Positions 20,759 through 29,931 of a stretch of 64,000 nt of DNA are shown in pieces. Every line of letters begins with the position of its first letter. The stretch's first letter is position 1. The position numbers and the translations under genes were made by a program. The stretch is from Myxococcota bacterium (GTDB taxonomy: Bacteria; Myxococcota_A; UBA796; CAJQPC01), in NCBI GenBank assembly GCA_036229005.1, contig JAZAMN010000062.1:32001-96000 (forward strand), written 5' to 3'. The notes below the pieces were generated by a model. It did not search any database. It was not told the DNA's origin and worked only from the letters and a program-made list of their open reading frames with translations.

Positions 20759-21877
20759 GTGACGGACCGCTTGCAGACTCGCCCCTCGAGAGGGGGGAAT
20801 GTCGTCGTCATCGTGGCGCTCTCGTTGGTCGCAGTCCTCGGCGTCGCCGCCGTTGCGATCGACGGGGGCTTCGCGCGATACCACCGGGTGGAGCTCCAGA
20901 ACGCCTCCGACGCCGCTGCGCACGCGGCTGTCCTGGCCTTTGACGGGACGGAGGAGGGGCTGTGGACCGCTCGGCAGGCTGCGGTCTCCATCGCCGCGCT
21001 CAACACGGCGGCCGGAGATCCCGTCATCCTCGACCCGAACGAGGACAACGATCCCGCCGGTGACATCGTCTCCGGGTACTGGGACGCGGAGACCGGCGCC
21101 TTCACGGCCTCCCTGGACCCCGAGCTGGTCGACGCCTTCCGGGTGACCGCCCGCAATGAGGCGCTCCAGACCTACTTCGCGGGTGCGGCCTTTGGTCGCC
21201 AGGACCTGGTGGTGTCGGTGGACACGGTCGGCCTCAAGCCCGAGGCCCTCCCGGCGGGCGCGGTGGACTGCTACCTGCCCCTGGCCATCCCGGCCTGCCG
21301 CATCGAGCAGTACGGCAGCGGCGAGATCCTGGACATCGACTTCGTGCTCAACCCGGACGGTGGGGACAACGTCGGGTGGGCGCTGCTGGGCTCCGGCTCG
21401 GTGTCCGCGTCCACGCTGGAGGAGCAGATCAACAACTGCCAGGCCTCCGGCGAGGTGCAGAATGCCTCCATCGTCTCCCTCAACAACGGCGCCATCAACA
21501 CCGTCCTGAGCGCCATGGCAGACGCCGTGGGGGACTCCGACACCGTCTGGCGGGACGAGGTCTGGGGCACCCAGGGAGCCCCCATGGAGAAGTCCCTGGT
21601 CGACAAAAACGGCGACTACGGGAACACCTTCGAGGGCCCCATCATCGTGTTCGACGAGCAGGGGCAGCCCTGCGACGAGGTCAAGTTCACCCAGGACTAC
21701 CCGGTCAAGGGCTTCTACTGGGCCGCGGTCTACGACGTCCGGAGCAAGGGCGCCGCCGCGGAGAAGAACATCCGCGTCCGCATCGACACCACCGCCGAGG
21801 TCGATGTCGGCACCCGCTCGGGCGGGGAGTACGACGACGGCATCCTCTACCAGCCCCCGCCGCGGATCGTGCAGTGA
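20759..21877 (+). CDS. TadG-like Flp pilus assembly protein
   Basis: RGGN + hydrophobic helix + AIDGG...ELQNASDAAAHA. Confidence 0.85.
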   Translation: MTDRLQTRPSRGGNVVVIVALSLVAVLGVAAVAIDGGFARYHRVELQNASDAAAHAAVLAFDGTEEGLWTARQAAVSIAALNTAAGDPVILDPNEDNDPAGDIVSGYWDAETGAFTASLDPELVDAFRVTARNEALQTYFAGAAFGRQDLVVSVDTVGLKPEALPAGAVDCYLPLAIPACRIEQYGSGEILDIDFVLNPDGGDNVGWALLGSGSVSASTLEEQINNCQASGEVQNASIVSLNNGAINTVLSAMADAVGDSDTVWRDEVWGTQGAPMEKSLVDKNGDYGNTFEGPIIVFDEQGQPCDEVKFTQDYPVKGFYWAAVYDVRSKGAAAEKNIRVRIDTTAEVDVGTRSGGEYDDGILYQPPPRIVQ

Positions 21878-22281
21878 TCACCCGCCGCCAGGGGCGCAGG
21901 GGCAACGCCGGCATCGAGATGGCGCTGACCCTCCCGGTCCTCCTCCTGCTCCTGGGGGGAATCGTGGACTTCGGGCTGTACTTCTCCGATGCCCAGAAGG
22001 CCAACCACGCCGTGCGGCAGGCCGCCCGGGCCGCTGCAGGCACGGACTACGACCTGGCCCCCCAGGCCATCGGCGAGGCCACCCTCAGCGAGCAGCTCGC
22101 GCTGTTCTCGCTGCCCACCGGGACCGACACCACCCGCTCGGTGGTGGTCGACAGCACCACCGGGCTCGTCACGGTGACCTACCACGCCCCCTACGAGGGC
22201 TTGGTGGGCCTGGTCGCATCCAGCGACAACCTCAAGCTGGGCGCGTCGATGACCCTCACCATGGAGGACCTCCACCCATGA
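21874..22281 (+). CDS. TadE/TadF-like pseudopilin
   Basis: RRGNAGIEMALTLP...GIVDFG...AAR; GTGA overlap. Confidence 0.85.
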   Translation: MITRRQGRRGNAGIEMALTLPVLLLLLGGIVDFGLYFSDAQKANHAVRQAARAAAGTDYDLAPQAIGEATLSEQLALFSLPTGTDTTRSVVVDSTTGLVTVTYHAPYEGLVGLVASSDNLKLGASMTLTMEDLHP

Positions 22282-22712
22282 GCCGTCTCGTCCGAAGTCC
22301 CTCTCGCCAGGGCAGCAGCTCCGTGGAGTTCGCGCTGGTCTTCTCCATGGTCCTCTTCCCTCTGCTCATCGGCACCGTCGAGGCCGGGGTCTACGTCCAC
22401 CAGATCGACGCCGCAGCGGACGCTGTGGTCGTGGCCGGCCGCGCTGCAGCCGGCGTGGCCCTGGAGGACGATCCCGCCGCCACCTTCGATGAGCGCATGG
22501 CCATCGAGCTCAGCGAGCGCGGCATCATGCCCAGCCCCGTCATGGACAACATGCTGCTCAGCTCCTCCGTCAGCGGGGAGTCGCCCGAGCGTATGCTGGA
22601 TGTCGAGGTGCAGTTCGACTACGGCGGCATCATCGGGATCCTCCCCACGCCCGACCACGTCCGGGTCAAGCGCCGCTTCCGGCTGGAGGACCAGGTAGAG
22701 TACGGGACATGA
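22278..22712 (+). CDS. TadE/TadF-like pseudopilin
   Basis: RQGSSSVEFALVF...GTVEAG; ATGA overlap. Confidence 0.85.
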   Translation: MSRLVRSPSRQGSSSVEFALVFSMVLFPLLIGTVEAGVYVHQIDAAADAVVVAGRAAAGVALEDDPAATFDERMAIELSERGIMPSPVMDNMLLSSSVSGESPERMLDVEVQFDYGGIIGILPTPDHVRVKRRFRLEDQVEYGT

Positions 22713-23038
22713 GCTACGCCTACACCGTCCGCTGCCGCTTCGATGACCCCCAGGTTGCGGAGCGCTGGGCACGCTGGATGGAGGCGGAGCACTTCCAGGA
22801 CCTGCTGGATGCCGGCGCGCTCCGCGCCGAGCTGGTGGGGCTGCAGGGGGAGGGGACCACGCTCGAGTGCCGATACCTCTTCGCGGATCAGGCGGCCTTC
22901 CACCGCTACCAGGAGCAGCACGGGCCCAGGCTGCGCGCCGAGGGGCTCTCCCGCTTCCCGCTCGCGCTGGGGCTTCACTACAGCCGCAGCGAAGGCCCGG
23001 TGCGGCTCTCCAGGACTCCGGCTCCAGGCCAGGTGTAA
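22709..23038 (+). CDS. DUF4286-like small protein
   Basis: YTV..W..WM..EH..D...Y..EHGPRLR..G..RF pattern; ATGA overlap. Confidence 0.7.
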   Translation: MSYAYTVRCRFDDPQVAERWARWMEAEHFQDLLDAGALRAELVGLQGEGTTLECRYLFADQAAFHRYQEQHGPRLRAEGLSRFPLALGLHYSRSEGPVRLSRTPAPGQV

Positions 23039-23084
23039 GTCCCGGGCCCTCTGCGTCGTACACTCAGGGCAACAGGGAGCTTGC

Positions 23085-24206
23085 GTGCTGGTCTTCACAC
23101 TGCTGGGTTGCTTTGGCATGGGCCCCGGGCTGGTCGGGATGCCCGAACCCTATGAGCAGCTCGCCTGGCTAAGCCGGAACGTGCCGCTGGTGAGCGTAGA
23201 GGGGGCCGAGGTGATGCGCCTGGAGGAGTTCCTGGTGCCCCAGCTCTGGTACGCCGACTCGGTGGACCCGAGCACGGTGCAGGAGTGCTTTGAGGGGGAG
23301 CGCGTCCACGAGTACATCCCGTCGACCTATGCGCACGTGGAGATCGCCTGGGACGCCATCCGCGTCGCCGATGAGTACACCGTCTCCATGAGCGGCAAGC
23401 CGGACGACTACGAGTGGAACGGCGCGCGCATCGAGAGTCTCTATGTGCGCCTGCTGGAGCTCAAGAGCCAGACCCGCCTGCTCTCTACGGCCTGCTTCCC
23501 GGACGTCGGCGACAAGCTGCTGGTCAGCGTGGACCCCGCCGCCCCCGCGCCCTTGGTTTGGGCGGTGCTCGAGAGCGCTCGGCAGGCGGGCTTCCGGGAC
23601 TTCTACCTGGCGGTGGATGACCCGGTCGCCAAGGCCGACGCCGAGCGTCACCCGGCCTACCCCCGCTTTGAGCCTGGCGCCGGCAAGGCCCGAGAGCGCC
23701 CGCCCGCCCTCAGCGCCGAGGAGCTCGCCGAGGCTCGGGATCAGCTCGCGCGGGGGCTGCGCGTGAACAGCGAACAGGGGTCGTGCAGAGACCGGGCGCG
23801 GCTGCAGATCGATCCGAGCGGCTTCCGCCTGAGCCAGGAGCCGGTGCACACCACCGCACGCTGGGAGGAGCAGGCTCCCAGCCTGGAGGGCCTCAAGGAT
23901 GGTGTCCCGGGCGAGGTCTCGGCGGTGTTCCTCTCGCCACAGGAGGAGGCCACCGCCACGCAGCTCCTGCAGGCTGCGGCCAACCTCCACAGCGCGGGGG
24001 AGACCCTGGCCCTCTCGCCCTTGGGGGAGGCCAACGTGGGCTTCCTGTGGGGGGGAACCCAGCCGCGGATCCCGGTGTGGACGGGCAGCAACAGCTACGA
24101 GTCGCTGGAGGCAGAGGCCTGGCAGCCGGTGATTCACCTGACCATGCCCCTGCGCGCCAGTAGCGTGCCTTGCGTCGATGAGAGCGGGATACGTTGGAGC
24201 CACTGA
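23085..24206 (+). CDS. Hypothetical lipoprotein with ExbD/TolR-like segment(s)
   Basis: GGGAG then GTG giving MLVFTLLGC; LLVSVDPAAP..LVWAVLESARQAGF. Confidence 0.55.
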   Translation: MLVFTLLGCFGMGPGLVGMPEPYEQLAWLSRNVPLVSVEGAEVMRLEEFLVPQLWYADSVDPSTVQECFEGERVHEYIPSTYAHVEIAWDAIRVADEYTVSMSGKPDDYEWNGARIESLYVRLLELKSQTRLLSTACFPDVGDKLLVSVDPAAPAPLVWAVLESARQAGFRDFYLAVDDPVAKADAERHPAYPRFEPGAGKARERPPALSAEELAEARDQLARGLRVNSEQGSCRDRARLQIDPSGFRLSQEPVHTTARWEEQAPSLEGLKDGVPGEVSAVFLSPQEEATATQLLQAAANLHSAGETLALSPLGEANVGFLWGGTQPRIPVWTGSNSYESLEAEAWQPVIHLTMPLRASSVPCVDESGIRWSH

Positions 24207-24218
24207 CAGGGGCCCTCG

Positions 24219-25049
24219 GTGACCGGCGGCGCAGAAGTCTTCCTCCCGGCCGCGCTCGCTGCGGCCATGGCAATCGCCGCCACCGTCGCTGTTGAGCGCT
24301 GGGGCGGCATCATCGGCGGAGTGCTCGGCACGCTCCCAACCACAATCGTCCCGGCGGCCTTCGGCCTGCTGGCGGTCTCTCCGGACGCGGAGGCCTTCCG
24401 GGACGCGATCTACATCACGCCAGTGGGCATGTTCCTGAACGCCGGATTCCTGTGGCTGTGGCGGGTGCTCCCGCCGCGACTCCCAGAGCGTCCGCTCCCG
24501 CAGCGCCTCGCCAGCATGGTGATGTTGACTCTCAGTGCCTGGGCCATCATGGCGGCTCTGGCGGTGGGCCTCTCCCACCTCCTCAAGGGACTGGGCCTCT
24601 CCTCCCTCTTCCTGGGGCTTGGAGCCACGCTGGTGACCCTGGGCGCTGGGCTCGCGGCCACCCGGGAGACCCACCCTGCGCCCCGAGGGACCCGCAAGGT
24701 CAGCCCGCTGGTGCTCATCGGGCGGGGGCTCCTTGCGGCGACGGCGATCGCTGTCTCTGTGCTGATCGCGCGGGTGGGCGGCAGCTTCCTGGCGGGGATG
24801 GCTGCGGTGTTCCCCGCCATCTTCCTGACCACGATGGTGGGGCTGTGGCTGTCCCAGGGCTCCGCGGTGCCCAGCGGGGCGGTGGGGCCCATGATGCTGG
24901 GCTCCTGCTCGGTGCAGGTCTTCTCGCTGATCTGCGGCTGGTCGATGCCGGCGCTGGGGAGCGGCTGGGGAGCGGCCCTGGCCTGGGTTCTGGCGGCGCT
25001 GGGGGTCAGCCTGCCTGTGGCCACCTGGCTACGGCGCAAGCGGGCTTGA
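24219..25049 (+). CDS. Multi-pass membrane protein with internal duplication
   Basis: About 8-9 hydrophobic helices; the two halves are similar (ERWGGIIGGVLGTLP / RVGGSFLAGMAAVFP). Confidence 0.75.
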   Translation: MTGGAEVFLPAALAAAMAIAATVAVERWGGIIGGVLGTLPTTIVPAAFGLLAVSPDAEAFRDAIYITPVGMFLNAGFLWLWRVLPPRLPERPLPQRLASMVMLTLSAWAIMAALAVGLSHLLKGLGLSSLFLGLGATLVTLGAGLAATRETHPAPRGTRKVSPLVLIGRGLLAATAIAVSVLIARVGGSFLAGMAAVFPAIFLTTMVGLWLSQGSAVPSGAVGPMMLGSCSVQVFSLICGWSMPALGSGWGAALAWVLAALGVSLPVATWLRRKRA

Positions 25050-25096
25050 GGGCCGTCTGAGGGGCTCCTGGGGCCAAGCAAGGCCGTCCAGGGGGT

Positions 25097-26368
25097 TCAG
25101 TGGCGGAAGACCCGGGTGATGCGGCCAGGCGGGTTGGCCTGGTACTCGCGGACGATCTCGTCCAGGCGCCGGAAGCCCAGGGCGCTGGACAGGGACTCCA
25201 GGGCCGTGCGCTCCTGCCGGTTGAGCTGGGAGGCCTGGAGGACCATGGCGACGGCCAGGCGCACGACCAGCTCGATGTCGTCGGGGTGCAGGCGGTCGGC
25301 GCGGCGGCGGAGCTCGCCGGGGGCGCCGGAGACGAAGTCCAGCCGGTTCTTGACCGCGGAGTCCAGGATGTCCGAGAGCGGGAAGCTGCAGGAGAGCTTC
25401 ATGTGGACATCGGTGAGGGCGCTGCGCTCGGGGGGCGAGAGCTCGCCGTCGGCCAGGGCCACGTAGACCATGGCGATCAGCGCCACGGCCTGCTGGTTGG
25501 GGTGGGAGAGGGGGCGGCTGCCGCCAGGCCCGGGGCCGCTGCGCTCATCGAGCTTGCGCAGGATGCCAGCGATCTGCTTGTCGATGCTGCGGAAGCCGCG
25601 GGACGAGAACATCGCCGCGTTCTTGCGCAGCATCACGAGGTCCAGGGCGCCGAGCTCGATGGCCTTGAAGCGGATGGGGATCATGGGGTGGGTGCGCACC
25701 CACTCGTGGCCCTCGCCTTCATCGTCGATGTGGCTGACGAGCTCGTCGTACTGGCTGCGCAGGCTGTTGAGGATCCGGGTCTGGTCGATGCCCGGGATCC
25801 CACTGCTCGTCTTGAAGAGCGCAGAGGTGGCGGCGGCCAGGTTGCCGGCGCACACGAGGCCGATGCGGTCTGCGGAGACCTCGGCGGCGCGTGACCAGGC
25901 CAGCAGGCTCTGGGCGGTGCTCGCGTCCACCCCCTGCTCGTCGCGGAAGACCTCGTGGATGGAGAAACTGGAGTGCTTGAAGAGCACGTGGCCCAGCTCA
26001 TGGCCCATCACGAAGGTCAGCTCGTCCAAGGTGAAGTCCTTGAGCAGCGAGCTGTGGATGAGGATGTCGAAGCGGTCCCCGTGGGCGAACACCGAGGCGT
26101 TGTATTCAGGGGACTGCTGGACGTAGAGGTCGCCCTTGAGCTCCCCCCCCAGCAGGGAGAGGCACTCGATGTAGCGGGCGTGGACCTCGGGCAGCAGGTC
26201 GGGGGTGATGCGGACGGCGTCCCCGAGCAGGCTGCGCTTGCGCGCGTGGAACTGCTCCCGGATGACGGCCTGGCGCTTGGAGACCCGGTCGGGCCCCAGG
26301 GTGCGCTTGACGGTGTCCAGGAGCTCGGCCTCGTAGGAGAAGCGGAGCTGTTCCAGCTGCGCGCGCAT
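25097..26368 (-). CDS. M48-family metallopeptidase fused to a TerB-like domain
   Basis: GHELGH, WSRAAEVSADR and THP..R. The C-terminus has VALADGELSPPER (TerB-like). Confidence 0.85.
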   Translation of the reverse strand: MRAQLEQLRFSYEAELLDTVKRTLGPDRVSKRQAVIREQFHARKRSLLGDAVRITPDLLPEVHARYIECLSLLGGELKGDLYVQQSPEYNASVFAHGDRFDILIHSSLLKDFTLDELTFVMGHELGHVLFKHSSFSIHEVFRDEQGVDASTAQSLLAWSRAAEVSADRIGLVCAGNLAAATSALFKTSSGIPGIDQTRILNSLRSQYDELVSHIDDEGEGHEWVRTHPMIPIRFKAIELGALDLVMLRKNAAMFSSRGFRSIDKQIAGILRKLDERSGPGPGGSRPLSHPNQQAVALIAMVYVALADGELSPPERSALTDVHMKLSCSFPLSDILDSAVKNRLDFVSGAPGELRRRADRLHPDDIELVVRLAVAMVLQASQLNRQERTALESLSSALGFRRLDEIVREYQANPPGRITRVFRH

Positions 26369-26371
26369 CGC

Positions 26372-27568
26372 TCAGTCCTTGGAGCCAGCGGTCCACTTGA
26401 GGCCCCACCCGTAGGTGCGGTCGCAGTCGACGTGGTCCTCGTGGAAGGTCGCGGTCTTGGTGACCTTGACGGTGCCGTCGTCCAGGAAGTCGATCCAGCA
26501 GATCGAGCAGAAGGTGCGCTTGTCGGCGGCCTTGCCCAGCTCCACGATGAGCTCGGGGCAGCCGGGCGCCTTCACGGACACCACGCCGTCGGTGTGGGCC
26601 CAGTTGGCGGCGCCCTCGTAGATGTAGGTGAACACCATGATGCGGCGGAGGTTGTGCCGCTCGGCCAGGTTCACCTTGACGTTCTCGCCCGCGGAGGCGG
26701 AGCCCGTGCGGTCATCGCCCATGTGGTAGATCCAGGGCAGGTCCTCGAAGCGGCCCTGCTGGAGGAGGCCCTGGTTCAGGGGCTGCACACAGGCCCGGAC
26801 GGGCTCGTTGGTGCGGGGGTCGATGATCTTGGTCTCGAAGTAGACGCCCAGGTCCAGGTCGACGCTGTCGTCGCTGGAGAAGAGGCTGGCAAAGAAGCCC
26901 TTCTTCTCCTGGGTGGGGCCCTGGTTCCAGTTCAGGTTGATCAGCAGCTCGTCGCTGCTGCCCTTGACGACCTTGGGCTTGATTGCGAAGGAGTCGCCCT
27001 TCTGGGCCAGGGTGATCTTGGACTGGACCTTGAGCTCGCCGGCGCCGGGAACGCTGTTGCGGAAGCCCTCCAGGTCCATGACCATGGAGTCGTTGACCAA
27101 CTGGGCGCCCATGAAGGAGGCGGTGAACTTGGCCAGGATGGCCACGGAGCCGGTCTTGGAGGAGTCCAGGTTGATGACGTGGGACTCGCCCTTGTCGGTG
27201 ACGACCTCGACGCGGGCGTCGTAGTCGTTGAACACCTTGTTGGCCTGGCCCTGCGCGTCGGTGAAGTTCAGCGCGCAGATGTAGAGCTCCTCGATGTCGT
27301 CGAGCTTGGTGATGCGCAGCTCCTCGCGGTTGTCACCGCCGGTCGCGCCCACACCCTCGTCGCCGGAGAGCTGCATGAAGGGGAAGGCGTTCAGGTCGCC
27401 CAGGCTGCCCCCTGCGTAGTTGTCGCTGTAGACACCGCCGGTGCGTCCGTCCTTGGTCTTGTAGAAGGCCATCAGGTCCAGGTCGACCGCGCTGGTCCAG
27501 ACCAGGGAGACCTTGAGCTGCTTGAAGGCGCCGAGCTGGGCGCTGGCGCCCTTTTGCTTGAGTTCCAT
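26372..27568 (-). CDS. Two-domain Ter protein (TerD-like + TerA-like)
   Basis: First domain has VDLDL and LSGDEG..GGDNRE. Second has LNW, DLDLG, GDDRTG, GEN and FTYIYEG. ATG at 27568. Confidence 0.85.
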   Translation of the reverse strand: MELKQKGASAQLGAFKQLKVSLVWTSAVDLDLMAFYKTKDGRTGGVYSDNYAGGSLGDLNAFPFMQLSGDEGVGATGGDNREELRITKLDDIEELYICALNFTDAQGQANKVFNDYDARVEVVTDKGESHVINLDSSKTGSVAILAKFTASFMGAQLVNDSMVMDLEGFRNSVPGAGELKVQSKITLAQKGDSFAIKPKVVKGSSDELLINLNWNQGPTQEKKGFFASLFSSDDSVDLDLGVYFETKIIDPRTNEPVRACVQPLNQGLLQQGRFEDLPWIYHMGDDRTGSASAGENVKVNLAERHNLRRIMVFTYIYEGAANWAHTDGVVSVKAPGCPELIVELGKAADKRTFCSICWIDFLDDGTVKVTKTATFHEDHVDCDRTYGWGLKWTAGSKD

Positions 27569-27662
27569 GTGGACGGACTCCAGAAGTCGAAGGGGAAAGG
27601 GGCGGGTCTCGGTCCCGCGGGGCCACAACGCGCCCGGCGCTGAGGCCCTTACAGTGCAGGGC

Positions 27663-28793
27663 TCAGGCGATGCCCGAGACCTGGGCGGCCCGGTAGAGCA
27701 CAAAGCCCAGCCAGCCAAAGTAGAGCGCGAAGAGGGTGAGCGCCTTGCCGCGGCCGACCTTCTTCCCGGCCAGGAAGAGGGTCAGCACGATGCCGGTGAC
27801 CACCAGCAGGCCGATGCGCAGGACCTGGACGTCCGCGGAGTCGCCGAACTCGTGGGCGAGCTCGATGTTCCCGTAGACCAGGCCGTAGGCCAGCAGGGGC
27901 AGGCCCAGGGCCACGCAGATGTCGAAGATGTTGGAGCCCACGGCGTTGGCGACGGCGTCGTCGTAGTTGCCGTTCATGGCGTCGCGCACGGAGATCACGG
28001 TGTCGGGGACCGAGGTCGCCGCGGCCGCCAGGATGACCGTCGTGAAGTAGAGGGGCACGTCGAGCTGGTGTGCGGTCTCGACCACGGCCCAGGACAGGAA
28101 GTAGCAGGCGATGCCGATGACGGTGGTGGCCAGGCCCAGGACCACCCAGGCGCTGCCCGTGGTGAAGTCCTTGCCGCCGAAGAGCAGGGTGTTGAAGTCG
28201 AAGGTCAGCGCCGCCTTCCACAGCGGGGTGTCCTCGTCGTCGTCCTCGTCCTCATCGTCGTCGTCGTCCTCGTCGGGGACGGCGCGGCCGGTCTTGAACT
28301 GCCACATCAGGAAGGAGAAGTAGACCAGGTAGATGGCGATCAGCGCGCCGCCCATCCACCAGGTGAGCGTGGTGTCCCCCAGGAAGTAGATGAGGGCCAG
28401 CTCGGCGAGGACGAAGAAGGCGCCGTCCCGCAGGACCGTGCCCTTGTCCAGCTCGATGAAGGCCACCTTCTTGCGGGTGCCATCGGGCTGCTTGACGCCG
28501 ATGAACATCACCGCCATGACGCTCACGGCCGGGATGATGACCGCGTTGAACACGGCGGAGCCGGCGCAGGTGGCCACGCCGCCGGAGAATCCGTCTTCGT
28601 CCTTGAAGGCGAAGAGCAGGAAGGTCGCCGTCAGCAGCTCCGGCAGGGAGCTGGCGATGGCGTTGATGGTCGCGCCCTTCACGCCGGCTGGCATGTTCCG
28701 GCCGAGGTAGCCGCTCGCGTCCTCGAAGGGGTCGCAGGCGTACATGATCACGATGGAGGCGAGGACCACGGTCCCCAGTGCGGCGAAGAGCAT
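27663..28793 (-). CDS. Ca2+/cation antiporter (CaCA family)
   Basis: Alpha-1 repeat ASSLPE...GSAVFN, alpha-2 repeat ATSVPD...GSNIFD, and an acidic central loop. Confidence 0.92.
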   Translation of the reverse strand: MLFAALGTVVLASIVIMYACDPFEDASGYLGRNMPAGVKGATINAIASSLPELLTATFLLFAFKDEDGFSGGVATCAGSAVFNAVIIPAVSVMAVMFIGVKQPDGTRKKVAFIELDKGTVLRDGAFFVLAELALIYFLGDTTLTWWMGGALIAIYLVYFSFLMWQFKTGRAVPDEDDDDDEDEDDDEDTPLWKAALTFDFNTLLFGGKDFTTGSAWVVLGLATTVIGIACYFLSWAVVETAHQLDVPLYFTTVILAAAATSVPDTVISVRDAMNGNYDDAVANAVGSNIFDICVALGLPLLAYGLVYGNIELAHEFGDSADVQVLRIGLLVVTGIVLTLFLAGKKVGRGKALTLFALYFGWLGFVLYRAAQVSGIA

Positions 28794-28901
28794 TCAGTCC
28801 TCAGCGCGGCGCGGGGCCGCGGGGGAGTCAGGGGAGGGGGGGCTCCCCTCGTCGGGACGCGGGCCAAGATCGGCCCTCGTCCCAGGCGCTGGGCCCACCG
28901 C

Positions 28902-29270
28902 TCAGGCGAGCAGGGCCTTGAGGGAGTCCGGCAGCTCGACCTTGCTGGCGAGGTGCTGCAGCAGCGCCTTCTCCAGGGGATCGACCTGCCCGTCTCCGCG
29001 GATGGACAGCTCCAGGAAGGCGGCCTCCTCGGCGTCGATGCTCCCGTTGGAGAAGTCGTCGTCGAGGACGTGGCTGGAGATGGCGTCGATGAAGAAGGGC
29101 CCCCAGCTCTCATGCGCGCTGGTCTTGGCGTCGTTGAGGGCGAAGAGGAACTTGGCCTCGTCGCGGTCGATGACGCCGTCCTCGAAGAGGATGGTGGAGA
29201 TGCGCTTGACCTCGGCGGCGTCGATGACGCCGTCCTCGAGGATCTCGGCCTTGAGCTGGTTCAGGTCCAT
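28902..29270 (-). CDS. TerB-like small acidic protein
   Basis: Four repeats of DG.ID..E (EDGVIDAAE, EDGVIDRDE, NGSIDAEE, DGQVDPLE). Confidence 0.75.
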   Translation of the reverse strand: MDLNQLKAEILEDGVIDAAEVKRISTILFEDGVIDRDEAKFLFALNDAKTSAHESWGPFFIDAISSHVLDDDFSNGSIDAEEAAFLELSIRGDGQVDPLEKALLQHLASKVELPDSLKALLA

Positions 29271-29277
29271 GTCTTCC

Positions 29278-29808
29278 TCAGCCGTTGATGATGTCGAGGA
29301 GCTGCTGCAGGTTGGTCAGACCCTTGAGCGTGCCCGCGCTGGAGGTGTTGACCAGCTTGGATCCGACGGGGCCGTTCTCGATCATGGCGATGGAGGCGAC
29401 GTTGCCGAAGGTGCCGGCGTCCAGGGTCACGCTGTGGCTGTTGCCGGTGTCGTCCATCACGGACAGGCTGATGTCCGAGTCCTGGAAGCGAGCGGGCTTG
29501 CCGGCCTGCACCTGGCCGTAGTCCCAGGCCAGCAGCCAGATGGCCTTCATGTCGTCGAGCTTGGTGATGCGAAGCTGCTCTTCGTTGTCGCCGCCGGCGT
29601 CACCCTGGCCCTCGTCGCCGGAGAGCTGGATGTAGGGGAAGTCGTTCAGGTCACCCAGATCGCCGAAGTACACCAGCCCGTAGCTGCCGTCCTTCTTCTG
29701 GTAGGCGGCCGCCAGGTCGAAGTCCGCTGCGGTGGTCCACTTCATGGTGACCAGGAGCTGCTTGAAGCTGCCGACGTTTGCGGAAGCGCCCTTCTGCTTG
29801 AGTTCCAT
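29278..29808 (-). CDS. TerD-like stress protein
   Basis: MELKQKGASA start as in 26372-27568; DFDLAA, LSGDEG.GDAGGDNEE; GAGGG RBS. Confidence 0.85.
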   Translation of the reverse strand: MELKQKGASANVGSFKQLLVTMKWTTAADFDLAAAYQKKDGSYGLVYFGDLGDLNDFPYIQLSGDEGQGDAGGDNEEQLRITKLDDMKAIWLLAWDYGQVQAGKPARFQDSDISLSVMDDTGNSHSVTLDAGTFGNVASIAMIENGPVGSKLVNTSSAGTLKGLTNLQQLLDIING

Positions 29809-29931
29809 TCTTCCCTCTCTGTGGGTGACGTTTTCCGGGTGGCGCCGTGCCATGGACGCGCACCGGGTGAATCTGCCTACCACCCTGGGGTTTTGCGGAC
29901 AACTCCGATCCCCCGCTGGGCGCGGGCGCGC

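Noticed and set aside
20759..22712. TadG/TadE/TadE trio without Tad secretion genes
   Set aside because: Stand-alone minor pilin clusters are common; the machinery is probably elsewhere.
28820..28850. Short hairpin AGGGGAG-N6-CTCCCCT between the TerB-like and CaCA genes
   Set aside because: A 7-bp stem without a U-tract is expected by chance in GC-rich DNA.
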